Below are positions 19,474-27,954 of a stretch of 64,000 bases of DNA, one piece after another. The notes beneath the pieces were generated by a model. It searched no databases, was not told the DNA's origin, and worked only from the letters and a program-made list of their open reading frames with translations. This DNA is from an uncultured Clostridia bacterium. Lineage in GTDB: Bacteria > Bacillota > Clostridia > Oscillospirales > Oscillospiraceae. The stretch is taken from the NCBI GenBank assembly GCA_947649615.1, contig CANSSG010000007.1, forward strand, positions 5,531 to 69,530, written 5' to 3'. The position numbers were made by a program, and so were the translations under genes. The stretch's first letter is position 1; each line of letters starts with the position of its first letter.

Positions 19474-19959
19474 TCAATTCGAATTTGACTGTTCCGGCTG
19501 CGCCGGGCGGGGCGCGAGATGGATAAGCTGCACATGCTCGTTCCGGTCGCCGGCGTAGGTCAGCACGATATGCCGCAGATGGTCCTCCGGTATGTACCGG
19601 CCCGCCCGGAAGGAGGGTGGGCTGAACCGGGCGGGGACCTTTGTTTCCCGGTAAAGCTGGGCCACGATATGCCCGCACAGCACGTTGAAATATTCCTTGG
19701 CGAAGTCCTCCACGTCCCGGGGAGAGACGTCCTGCCTGTGCATCATGCCCTGGGTCAGGCGGGTGAACAGCGCCGATTCCGCGCACAGGGACAGGCATGT
19801 GTTGTACCCCCGCTCAAAGACGGTGTATACCGTAAACAGCTCCCCGTCCGGCACCGTCTCCCCTGTGGCCAGGCAGATGCCCGCTTCCCGCTGGGTAATC
19901 TCCCGAACCACCTGGTCAAAAATCTCTGTCAACCGCTCCTGCGGTATTTTATTATCCAT
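19474..19959 (-). CDS. cheX: CheX/CheC-family CheY-P phosphatase (single active site)
   Basis: The 161-aa ORF carries an exact match to the family consensus D-x3-E-x2-N-x22-P (D85 FAK E89 YF N92 ... P115). Confidence 0.75.
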   Translation of the reverse strand: MDNKIPQERLTEIFDQVVREITQREAGICLATGETVPDGELFTVYTVFERGYNTCLSLCAESALFTRLTQGMMHRQDVSPRDVEDFAKEYFNVLCGHIVAQLYRETKVPARFSPPSFRAGRYIPEDHLRHIVLTYAGDRNEHVQLIHLAPRPAQPEQSNSN

Positions 19960-19993
19960 GTTTCCCTCCGCTCTGTCTGATTCTGGAAAGGGG

Positions 19994-21793
19994 TCAGGTC
20001 ACCACAATCACGCCATTGACCAATTTGGCGACGCACTGGCGGGACTCCCGCCGCAGGCGGATCATCTCGTCCCCGAAGCTGATCTCCGTCTCCGGATAGG
20101 CAACGCTGCACTCCAGGCGCCCGGAACCCTTTTCCGCTTCTTTTTCCGACATCTCCAGTTTGATGTCCAGCAGATCATCCTCCAATTGCTTCAGTTTCAG
20201 TTCCGCCGTGGACAGGCGGATCCGCAGCTTGCCCAGCAGGCTTGCCTTGGCGGGGCTGTCTAACTGGCACTCCAGCTTTTCTACCTCCACCGCCAGTTCC
20301 TTCAGCTCTCGTTTGACCATCTCCCGCTCGAAGTTAGTGCAGGGGAGTCCCCCCAGGGCGATGGCCGTCCGGCACTCTGACGGCGAGCCTACCGCCCGGG
20401 CGCTGACCATCTTGGCCGCCCAAATCCGGCCGCCGATGATGCTCCCCCGGCCGGAGCGTACCACCACTTCCCCGTCGCAGTACACCTGCCCGTTGATAAT
20501 GCAGTCGGTTTGCAGGTTTTCCCGGACGAAGATGGTGGAATTTTCAATGTATTTGGAGAACACGCTCCGCTGGACGCGGATGACCGTGCTGCCGTCCCCC
20601 AGGATGCCCTTGACCACAATCAGGTCGCCGCCGGCCTCCACGGTGCTACCCGCTTCCACCACGCCGCCCACCTGGATGTTGCCCATGGCCCGGACGGTGA
20701 AGCCGCTGAGCACATCGCCCGCTACGTTCACATCCCCCAGGAAGTTGATGCTGCCGGTGGAAAAATCGACGTTTCCGGGGATGTCCAGCACCGGCTTCAC
20801 CTGGAAGCTGCGCCCGGTATATTCCACATGGCCGGCAATGGAGGCCAGCAGGGACAGGCCGTCCTCGCTGATCTCCGTATTCCGCCCCTTGGGAAGGGGG
20901 ACGTGCCTGCCTCCCTTGGCGGGAATCTCCTGGTCCAGCACCGTGCGGCCCGGCTCGCCCTCGGTCGGCTCGATGAGGCGGCAGATTTCCTGGTCCTGCT
21001 TCACGTTGCGGATGAGGTTCAAGGCGGTGTAGTCCACCTGGTCGTATTCGTCCACCTCCAGCACCCGCTCGATGACCCGGGGGAAGTTGTCGATGATGTT
21101 GCCGTTCTCGCCGTCGAAGGCTGGCTTGCCCACCGCCACCAGGTACAGGGTAAAATACCGCTTCTGCTCCCGGTAGAGACGGTCCAGCAGCTTGCTGTTC
21201 AGGCCGTAGAGTATCCCCCGCTCCGCCAAGGTCTGGTAGAGCAGGTTCCTGGTCAGCTCCTTCCCCTTCCCCACCGGCGGGAAGACGAACAGCCACGCGT
21301 AAAGCTTATCCGCCGAGAGGAAGAAGCAGGGAAGGGCGTCCAGGGACACCGCCTCCGGCTCGTTCTTCTTTTGCTTGCCGTCCGGCTTCTCCTCCTGCTT
21401 TTCGTTGTTTTTGGCTTTATCCTTCGCCTTCTCCGGGGGCTTGTTCCGCCGGCCGCAGATTTCCTTGAGCCGCATGGTACACGCCTTGTTCAAAACGGAG
21501 CGCAGCCGGTTTTTTTCCCGCTTCACCACCTCCGGCGGCAGCGTACCGTCCTCATCCAGGCAGATGCGGGGCGCAGGCAGCTGCCCCATGGTCTTCCGGC
21601 TCATCTGGTAGAGCTGGTACAGGGGATGCTCCTGGGGCAGTTCCAGCACGGCCGGGTTCAGATCATGGAAGGACAATTCCTCCTGGCCCTCGCCTGCCGG
21701 CGCGGCCTGTACGGTATGGACGGGTTCATTCTCCGCTTCCTTTTCCGGCGCGGGGTTGAACAGGAGTGATTTTAATTTTTTCCTGATTGACAT
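19994..21793 (-). CDS. FapA/DUF342 family protein
   Basis: 599 aa. Contains the beta-helix repeat region NVDFSTGSINFLGDVNVAGDVLSGFTVRAMGNIQVGGVVEAGSTVEAGGDLIVVKGILG and a C-terminal coiled coil, typical of DUF342. Confidence 0.75.
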   Translation of the reverse strand: MSIRKKLKSLLFNPAPEKEAENEPVHTVQAAPAGEGQEELSFHDLNPAVLELPQEHPLYQLYQMSRKTMGQLPAPRICLDEDGTLPPEVVKREKNRLRSVLNKACTMRLKEICGRRNKPPEKAKDKAKNNEKQEEKPDGKQKKNEPEAVSLDALPCFFLSADKLYAWLFVFPPVGKGKELTRNLLYQTLAERGILYGLNSKLLDRLYREQKRYFTLYLVAVGKPAFDGENGNIIDNFPRVIERVLEVDEYDQVDYTALNLIRNVKQDQEICRLIEPTEGEPGRTVLDQEIPAKGGRHVPLPKGRNTEISEDGLSLLASIAGHVEYTGRSFQVKPVLDIPGNVDFSTGSINFLGDVNVAGDVLSGFTVRAMGNIQVGGVVEAGSTVEAGGDLIVVKGILGDGSTVIRVQRSVFSKYIENSTIFVRENLQTDCIINGQVYCDGEVVVRSGRGSIIGGRIWAAKMVSARAVGSPSECRTAIALGGLPCTNFEREMVKRELKELAVEVEKLECQLDSPAKASLLGKLRIRLSTAELKLKQLEDDLLDIKLEMSEKEAEKGSGRLECSVAYPETEISFGDEMIRLRRESRQCVAKLVNGVIVVT

Positions 21794-21831
21794 TTTCGCA
21801 GCACCGCCATTTCCGAATAAATTCTACCACC

Positions 21832-21860
21832 ATTATACGCAATCCGTCCACTCTTTACAA
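21832..21860 (-). promoter_or_regulatory. Promoter TTGTAA-17-TATAAT for the fapA-cheX-cheY unit
   Basis: Minus strand: -35 at 21860-21855 and -10 at 21837-21832. Confidence 0.55.
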
Positions 21861-21921
21861 GGCCTATTTTAACATTCCGGAAAATTCCGGAAACAGCCGG
21901 GCAAACCCGCCAGGCGGGCCG

Positions 21922-22761
21922 TCAGCATGCCCGGGACGCCTGCAAGGCCGCGTCGTAAAGTTCGTTCCTGGACAGGCCGGTGTCGGCGGCAACCTGCCGG
22001 ACGGCGTCCTTCATCCGCTCGCCCCGCTCCCGGCGCTCCAGCACCATGGCCACGCCCTGGGCCAAATCCACGGCGTTCTCCGCCGCCCGCTCCCTGCCGG
22101 CCAGCACCAGCACATACTCCCCCCTTGGCTCGTTGGTTTCGTACCACGCCGCCGCCTGGGACAGGGTGGTTCGCATGACGTCCTCGTGGAGCTTGGTCAA
22201 TTCCCGGCACAGGGCGGCCCGGCGGTCGCCAAAAGCTTCCAGCAGGTCGGCCAGGGTGGCCCGCAGGCGGTGGGGGGCTTCGTAAAAGAGGATAGTCCGT
22301 TCCTCCCCCAGCAGCCCTTGCAGCCGCTCCCGGCGTTCCGCCCGGTTCACCGGCAAAAAGCCCTCAAAAACAAACCGTCCAGTAGGCAGGCCGCTGACCG
22401 CCAAGGCGGAAATCAGGGCGCAGCAGCCCGGAATGGCCTGGACGGCTACGCCGTTTTCCGCACAGAGGCGCACGATGTCCTCGCCGGGGTCGCTGATGGC
22501 GGGGGTCCCGGCGTCGGTCACCAGGGCGCAGTCCTCACCGGCCAGCAGGCGGCCCAGCACCGCCTGGCCTGCGGCGGCCCGGTTGTGCTCATGGTAGCTG
22601 ACCATGGGCTTTTTCAACGCAAGATGGCGCAGCAGCTTCATGGTGACGCGGGTGTCCTCCGCAGCGATGAAGTCCGCGCCGCCCAGGACGGCGGCGGCCC
22701 GGGGGCTGAGGTCCTGCAAATTGCCGATGGGCGTCGCCACGAGATACAGTGTTCCGCTCAT
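21922..22761 (-). CDS. rsmI: 16S rRNA (cytidine1402-2'-O)-methyltransferase
   Basis: MSGTLYLVATPIGNLQDLSPRAAAVLGGADFIAAEDTRVTMKLL...; RsmI N-terminal signature. Confidence 0.92.
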   Translation of the reverse strand: MSGTLYLVATPIGNLQDLSPRAAAVLGGADFIAAEDTRVTMKLLRHLALKKPMVSYHEHNRAAAGQAVLGRLLAGEDCALVTDAGTPAISDPGEDIVRLCAENGVAVQAIPGCCALISALAVSGLPTGRFVFEGFLPVNRAERRERLQGLLGEERTILFYEAPHRLRATLADLLEAFGDRRAALCRELTKLHEDVMRTTLSQAAAWYETNEPRGEYVLVLAGRERAAENAVDLAQGVAMVLERRERGERMKDAVRQVAADTGLSRNELYDAALQASRAC

Positions 22762-22790
22762 AGAAATCCTCCTTGCGGTTTTCTGAAGGT

Positions 22791-22819
22791 ATCATATCAT
22801 TTTTGGAGGGAGTTGGCAA
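22791..22819 (-). promoter_or_regulatory. Promoter TTGCCA-17-TATGAT
   Basis: Minus strand: -35 at 22819-22814 and -10 at 22796-22791, upstream of rsmI. Confidence 0.55.
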
Positions 22820-22990
22820 GGCGGCGCACAAAGGGCAGCCGCTAAATTCCTCATGCCGCCAAGGGGTTGCACAGCGAAAAAACGGACATCAGCCGCCGCG
22901 CGCTTTGAAGAAGAAGCGCACGGCGGCTTGAACGCATAGGGCGGTGATTCCAATTTACTGCGGGCTATTCGGCTTCCGGCGCTAAAACGC

Positions 22991-23449
22991 CTATAAAACG
23001 CCCTCCAAACCCAGCAGCGCGGTTTTAATACGCAGCCCCCCGGTGTATCCCACCAGCTTTCCGCCCGCGCCGATGATCCGGTGGCAGGGGATGATGACAG
23101 GGATCGGGTTCCGGCTGTTGGCCTGCCCCACGGCGATAGCCGCGCCGGGCTTTCCAATCCGCTGGGCAATCTCCTTATAGGTGGCCGTGGTTCCATAAGG
23201 CACCGCCAGCAGCGCGTCCCAGACCTTCTTCTGGAAGCTTGATCCCGCCGGGGCTAACGGCACGGTAAATTCCCGCCGCGCTCCGGCAAAATACGCCGCC
23301 AGCTCCTCCGCAGCCTGTTCCAGCACCGGGGACGGGCGGTCCCCCGCTTCCCGCACATCCCCGAAGGCCAGCCCCGTCAGCGCTTCCCCCGTTCCGGAGA
23401 GGGTCAGCGGGCCGAGGGGGCTGACGGTCAAAAGCTGATGCGCGGCCAT
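22991..23449 (-). CDS. ogt: Methylated-DNA--protein-cysteine methyltransferase
   Basis: Active site IPCHRIIGAGGKLVGYTGG. Start set at the ATG at 23449, 1 nt after the upstream stop; the track ORF extends to 23482. Confidence 0.9.
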   Translation of the reverse strand: MAAHQLLTVSPLGPLTLSGTGEALTGLAFGDVREAGDRPSPVLEQAAEELAAYFAGARREFTVPLAPAGSSFQKKVWDALLAVPYGTTATYKEIAQRIGKPGAAIAVGQANSRNPIPVIIPCHRIIGAGGKLVGYTGGLRIKTALLGLEGVL

Positions 23450-23450
23450 A

Positions 23451-24326
23451 TCAGAAAATTGAGATGGTCCAGCGGTTTTCATACCGGTCCCCGGCGTCCA
23501 GGGAAATCAAATCATTCTGCTGGGACAAATCCTCCACCACGCCCTCACGGGAGGGCAGGCTTACCCAAGGCTCCAGGCACACATAGGGCGCGTCGGTCTT
23601 CGGCTGATGCCAAATCCCCAGATACCGCATCTTGGGGCAGGATAGGGTCAGGCCCCGGCTCCCCTCCCCGGCGGAGAGGGTGACGGTGCGCTCAAAATCC
23701 TTTAAAATGATGGCATCCTGATCGAACAGCGCATGCCGCAGGGGCAGCTCCACCCCATTTACCAGCGGATACGCCTGGTCATGCCCGCCGACCATGTAAT
23801 TTTCGCTCAGCATCACCCGGCAGGGATGGCTGGGACGGGCGAAGGTCAGGCGGTAGTCTTCAAAAGCCTTCCCCTCCTCCAGGGGTACCCGGAAGCCGGG
23901 ATGCCCGCCCAGCCCAAAGAACATAGGCTCCCCACCCCGGTTCTCCACGGCGTAGAGGATCACCAGCGTACTGTCCTCCAGCACGTAGGAAACATCGAAG
24001 TGGAAAGAAAAGGGGTAGATCCTCCGGCTCTCCTCCGTGTCGGAAATGCGCAGGGTAAGGTTTTCCGCCCCGCTGTCCAGGACGGAGAACTCCGTAAGCT
24101 TGGCAAAGCCATGGCGGTTCATCGGATATTCCTTGCCGCCGTAGGCGTAGCAGTCGTTGGTCAGCCGCCCCACATAGGGGAAGAGGTTCGGCGCACGGCC
24201 CTTCCAGTAGGCGGGGTCGCCGTTCCACAGGTATTCCACCCCGCCGGCGGCGGTAATGGACATAAGCTGCGCCCCCAGGCTGTCAACGGTAACGGTCATC
24301 GCGGTATTTTGAATGGTATGCAGCAT
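23451..24326 (-). CDS. Aldose 1-epimerase (galactose mutarotase-like) family protein
   Basis: MLHTIQNTAMTVTVDSLGAQLMSI...YLWNGDPAYWKGRAPNLFPYVGRL...; RBS GGAGGA. Confidence 0.8.
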   Translation of the reverse strand: MLHTIQNTAMTVTVDSLGAQLMSITAAGGVEYLWNGDPAYWKGRAPNLFPYVGRLTNDCYAYGGKEYPMNRHGFAKLTEFSVLDSGAENLTLRISDTEESRRIYPFSFHFDVSYVLEDSTLVILYAVENRGGEPMFFGLGGHPGFRVPLEEGKAFEDYRLTFARPSHPCRVMLSENYMVGGHDQAYPLVNGVELPLRHALFDQDAIILKDFERTVTLSAGEGSRGLTLSCPKMRYLGIWHQPKTDAPYVCLEPWVSLPSREGVVEDLSQQNDLISLDAGDRYENRWTISIF

Positions 24327-24528
24327 AATGGGTTTTCCTCCTGTCAGCAGTTGCATTTAAATCGCAAACTCTTATGTAAAATATGATACTAAAGTTCAGG
24401 CAGAAAAGCAAGTAGCCGCCGCAAAAATTCCCGGAAACACTGGAAACATTTTGCACCGGATTTCCCCCCGGTTTCGTCCATACTAAGGGGGCAGCCATCA
24501 AATTTCGATGAACCATGGAGAGAACGCA

Positions 24529-26562
24529 ATGAACGAAACCACCACCCCGGCGGAAAACCGCCTGCGATATGAAAAATCCCCCTACCTGCTCCAACACGCC
24601 CAGGACCCGGTCCATTGGTGGAGCTGGTGTCCCGGCGCGTTCCACGCGGCGAAGCAGGAGGACAAGCCCATTTTCCTGTCCATCGGCTACTCCGCCTGCC
24701 ACTGGTGCCATGAAATGGCCCGGGAAACCTTCCAGGACCCGGACGCGGCGGCGGCGCTGAACCGGGATTTCATCGCCGTGAAGGTAGACCGCGAGGAGCG
24801 CCCCGACATCGACGCGGTCTACATGGCGGCATGCCAGGCCCTCACCGGCTCCGGCGGCTGGCCGCTGACGGTTTTAATGACCCCGGACCAGCAACCCTTC
24901 TGGACGGGTACCTACCTGCCCCCCAGGGGCCGGCACGGCCAGCTTGGCCTGACCGAACTGCTGGATGAGACCGCCCGCCTGTGGCATTCCGACCGCCAGC
25001 GGCTTCTGGACTTGGGCCAGAAGGTGGCCCGGCACATCGCCTATGAACCGCCCTCTTCCCCTGTTCCGCCGGACCGCGCCCTGCTGCTGGAAGCGGTGAA
25101 CCAGCTCCGGCGGCGGTACGACCCTCAAAACGGCGGATTTGGCGGCGCGCCCAAGTTCCCCTCCGCCCACGACCTGCTGTTCCTTCTTGCCTACGCCCGG
25201 AGCGAGGGGGACGAGCTGGCCCGCGAGATGGCCCTGACCACCCTGGAGCAGATGTCCCGGGGCGGCATTTTCGACCAAATCGGCGGCGGCTTCTGCCGGT
25301 ACAGCACCGACGCCGCCTGGCGCATCCCCCACTTTGAAAAGATGCTCTATGACAACGCCCTGCTGGCCATTGCCTACCTGGAAGCCTACGCCCAGACAGG
25401 GCGCGAACGCTTCCGGGAAATCGCCTGCCGCACCTTGGCCTATGCCCTGGATGAACTCCGCCTTCCCGGCGGCGGCTTTGCCTGCGCCCAGGACGCGGAC
25501 AGCGGCGGCAGGGAAGGCGGCTATTACCTCCTTACCCGGGCCGGGCTGGCGGAGGTGCTCTCCCCCGCCGAAGCCGGGGCCGTCTGCCGCCGCCTGTCCA
25601 TCGGCGGCGCCGAAAGCGTCCCCCACCTGCTGGACGACCCCGCCTACGCCTCCTTCTGGACGGAGCACGGCGAAGCCTGCCGCAAGGTGGCAGCCTACCG
25701 CCGCCGCCGTCCCCTGCACCGGGATGAAAAGGTGCTCACGGCATGGAACGCCATGATGATCGCCGCCCTCGCCAAAGCAGGACGCGTCTTAGGCGAAGAA
25801 CGCTACCTCCGGGCCGCCCAGGACGCCCGGCTGTTCCTCAAGACCCGCCTGACCCAGCCTGACGGCCGTCTCTGGCACTGCTGGCGGGGCCGGGAAGCGG
25901 CCATAGAGGGCCAATTGGAGGACTACGCCTTTTACTGCTGGGCGCTGGTGGAGCTGTATGAATCCACCTTCGCCCCCGCTTATCTCCGGGAAGCGGCAAA
26001 CCTGGCGGGCCAGATGAAAGAGCAGTTCTGGGACGAAGATTCCGGCGGCTTTTACCGCACCGCCGCCCAGGCCGGCCGCCTGCTTGTCCGCCAAAAGGAT
26101 TCCATTGACGCCGGTACGCCCTCCGGCGGCGGGGCGGCGGCCCTGGCCTTGACGAAGCTGGCCCGGCTCACCGGCGCGGACGGTTTCCACACCCTGGCCC
26201 AAAGCCAGCTTGCGTGGCTGGCAGGGGATGCCCGGGATAATCCCGCCGCCCGGTGTTTCGCCCTCTATGCCATGACGGAGACACTCTATCCCCGCCGTGA
26301 ACTGGTGTGCGTATCTTCCGGCGGGATTCCCCCGTGGCTGGCGGGCGTGGGCGAAGCCTACCGCCTGTCCGCAGCAGCAAAGACTCCGGACAACGCCCGG
26401 GCCTTAGCCAACCTCATCCCCCGCACAGCGGGCTATCCCCTTCCCGGCAGGGGTGAGACGCTGTATTATCTCTGCCGGGAAGGGTCCTGCGCACCGCCTG
26501 TAGACACGCTGGACGCCCTGCGCGGCCTGCTTGCCGCCGGGCGGGAGCTGGTCTTGGGATAA
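24529..26562 (+). CDS. Thioredoxin-domain (DUF255) / N-acylglucosamine 2-epimerase-fold protein (YyaL-like)
   Basis: [24 protein letters not shown]...[23 protein letters not shown]...; a long alpha/alpha-toroid-like C-terminal part follows. Confidence 0.85.
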   Translation: MNETTTPAENRLRYEKSPYLLQHAQDPVHWWSWCPGAFHAAKQEDKPIFLSIGYSACHWCHEMARETFQDPDAAAALNRDFIAVKVDREERPDIDAVYMAACQALTGSGGWPLTVLMTPDQQPFWTGTYLPPRGRHGQLGLTELLDETARLWHSDRQRLLDLGQKVARHIAYEPPSSPVPPDRALLLEAVNQLRRRYDPQNGGFGGAPKFPSAHDLLFLLAYARSEGDELAREMALTTLEQMSRGGIFDQIGGGFCRYSTDAAWRIPHFEKMLYDNALLAIAYLEAYAQTGRERFREIACRTLAYALDELRLPGGGFACAQDADSGGREGGYYLLTRAGLAEVLSPAEAGAVCRRLSIGGAESVPHLLDDPAYASFWTEHGEACRKVAAYRRRRPLHRDEKVLTAWNAMMIAALAKAGRVLGEERYLRAAQDARLFLKTRLTQPDGRLWHCWRGREAAIEGQLEDYAFYCWALVELYESTFAPAYLREAANLAGQMKEQFWDEDSGGFYRTAAQAGRLLVRQKDSIDAGTPSGGGAAALALTKLARLTGADGFHTLAQSQLAWLAGDARDNPAARCFALYAMTETLYPRRELVCVSSGGIPPWLAGVGEAYRLSAAAKTPDNARALANLIPRTAGYPLPGRGETLYYLCREGSCAPPVDTLDALRGLLAAGRELVLG

Positions 26563-26567
26563 AAAAC

Positions 26568-26605
26568 CTCCGCCGTCCGGGGCTGGCCGGACGGCGGAGC
26601 GTTTT
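26568..26605 (+). terminator. Intrinsic terminator
   Basis: CTCCGCCGTCCGG-GGCTGG-CCGGACGGCGGAG followed by CGTTTT, 6 nt after the stop. Confidence 0.8.
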
Positions 26606-26698
26606 CCCATTCCGCAGGGTCCGTAAACCGCCGGGAAAAGCCCGGAAATGCCGCACCGGCAGAAAATTTGTCGTTATGTCAACGAACCTGGCGGTAAG

Positions 26699-26802
26699 TT
26701 TTCCACGGAAACTAGGGTTCCAGCGTTTTCCACCGTCTGTTGAAAACCATCTCTAGGACTTGCAAATAGAAGAAAAAGCCCTGTGGAAAACTCTGTGGAA
26801 AA
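26699..26802. promoter_or_regulatory. Array of four DnaA-box-like TTTTCCAC motifs (two on each strand)
   Basis: TTTTCCACG at 26699-26707 and TTTTCCACC at 26726-26734 on the top strand. TGTGGAAAA at 26782-26790 and 26794-26802, the reverse complement of TTTTCCACA. The consensus DnaA box is TTATCCACA. Confidence 0.45.
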
Positions 26803-27055
26803 TGTTTATAACTTCTCGTACTTAGAATTATGCAAAAACTTATGTAAACAGCCGGAATAAAACAGCAATTATATAAACCGCATATATTTTGTCGAAACCC
26901 ATGGAAAATCATCTGATTATCCAAAATTCAAAAACAAATTGCAGGCAAATCATTTGCGTAACATTGCCATAATCCGGCGAACTTTAGGGAAAACCGCCGG
27001 AACTCCTCCATCCCGTCCAGGATAATACAGTTGGTATTAGAACAGGTGGTGAAAA

Positions 27056-27090
27056 GCGGGGATTGATACATGTGTGGTATCAATCCCCGC
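27056..27090 (-). terminator. Intrinsic terminator of the Cys-rich two-gene unit
   Basis: 14-bp perfect stem GCGGGGATTGATAC / GTATCAATCCCCGC with a 7-nt loop. TTTT follows in minus sense. Confidence 0.75.
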
Positions 27091-27196
27091 TCTATACACT
27101 TTTTGCGCAAAATCCCTTCCCTGACCCATCGCTATCTCTGCTCATCCACATCCAGCGATGCCTGCCGCTGGATCAGGCAGCTCTTTTTAGAACCTG

Positions 27197-27628
27197 TTAC
27201 CCATGGCAGGGGCAGGTGGGGTTCTTCTTTGCCGCTTCCCTATACTCGCTAGCGCTATGCCCGTGGTCTGGGTTCTGGCAAATTTCGTCCGGACACCAAT
27301 GGGTATGGGCTGCATCGGTGCAGGTGATATCTTCACAGCCCATGCTGGTATAAAAGCAATATGAGATATGCTCCGGATCATTCTCTACAAGATCAAACAC
27401 CTGCTCGAAAGGGAATTCCGGCGAACATGTGAGTATTAAATGAAAAAGCCGGTCGGAGTACTTAAGCGGCACGGTAAATTGTGGTTTAGCTGACATCTTG
27501 CCGCTTGCCTGCGCCGTTTGACTGGACCCCGTATATGGGCCGGCTTCTGAAGGGACACATATGGCGTTCGCGGCAGTTGTTCCTAGAAGCAAAAAGGCCA
27601 ATACGAAAGCGATTGCTGCCTTCTTCAT
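27197..27628 (-). CDS. Secreted hypothetical protein with Cys/His-rich C-terminal region
   Basis: Signal peptide MKKAAIAFVLAFLLLGTTAANA. The tail reads CFYTSMGCEDITCTDAAHTHWCPDEICQNPDHGHSASEYREAAKKNPTCPCHG. RBS GAGGAGG. Low G+C. Confidence 0.6.
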   Translation of the reverse strand: MKKAAIAFVLAFLLLGTTAANAICVPSEAGPYTGSSQTAQASGKMSAKPQFTVPLKYSDRLFHLILTCSPEFPFEQVFDLVENDPEHISYCFYTSMGCEDITCTDAAHTHWCPDEICQNPDHGHSASEYREAAKKNPTCPCHG

Positions 27629-27651
27629 AATATTACCTCCTCACTTAATAA

Positions 27652-27786
27652 TCAGGGACAGCCATAGTTATTCCATAAATAGTACGGTCTGTAGCAGGGA
27701 CCCGTTTGGTAATTGTCACACGCCGCCAATGCACAAGACCTTGAGCGGTCAGCTCCGAGAAATGCATTGCATTCCGGGCATATCAT
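27652..27786 (-). CDS. Hypothetical 44-aa six-cysteine peptide
   Basis: MICPECNAFLGADRSRSCALAACDNYQTGPCYRPYYLWNNYGCP. AAAGGA lies 6 nt upstream of the ATG at 27786. The 77-aa track version would start upstream of the predicted promoter. Confidence 0.4.
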   Translation of the reverse strand: MICPECNAFLGADRSRSCALAACDNYQTGPCYRPYYLWNNYGCP

Positions 27787-27861
27787 GAGATATCCTTTAT
27801 AAGTTATCAGGTGGGACGCATTGCGGGGGTTTTCGGTACGCTTTGATTTCTTGACAAATAT

Positions 27862-27890
27862 ATAATACCACACTTTTCCAGACAATGCAA
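27862..27890 (-). promoter_or_regulatory. Promoter TTGCAT-17-TATTAT with TGn extension
   Basis: Minus strand: -35 at 27890-27885 and -10 at 27867-27862, preceded by TGG. An AT-rich tract lies upstream. Confidence 0.6.
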
Positions 27891-27954
27891 GCGATTTTTA
27901 TTTATTTTTAACATTTATTTAGTTTCAACCTGTCCATTAGTTCGTTGTTTTGTA

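Noticed and set aside
20510-21769. 419-aa plus-strand ORF and 216-aa minus-strand ORF (20646-21296).
   Set aside because: They overlap the DUF342 gene in other frames, and only the 599-aa frame has family-typical repeats.
26712-27110. Minus-strand ORFs 26712-26924 (70 aa) and 26928-27110 (60 aa), and plus-strand ORFs 27063-27353, in the AT-rich gap.
   Set aside because: They have no RBS and odd composition (rich in Phe, Cys, Ile and Asn), and they lie downstream of the unit's terminator. I treat the gap as non-coding, although a small protein or sRNA cannot be excluded without expression data.
26690-27150. Calling the DnaA-box array the chromosomal origin (oriC) outright.
   Set aside because: No dnaA or dnaN gene is adjacent. 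The gene-orientation switch is gradual (26-40 kb) rather than sharp. My small hand counts of G versus C in glyQS and typA showed no skew difference. It is kept as a finding, but only as a DnaA-binding cluster hypothesis.
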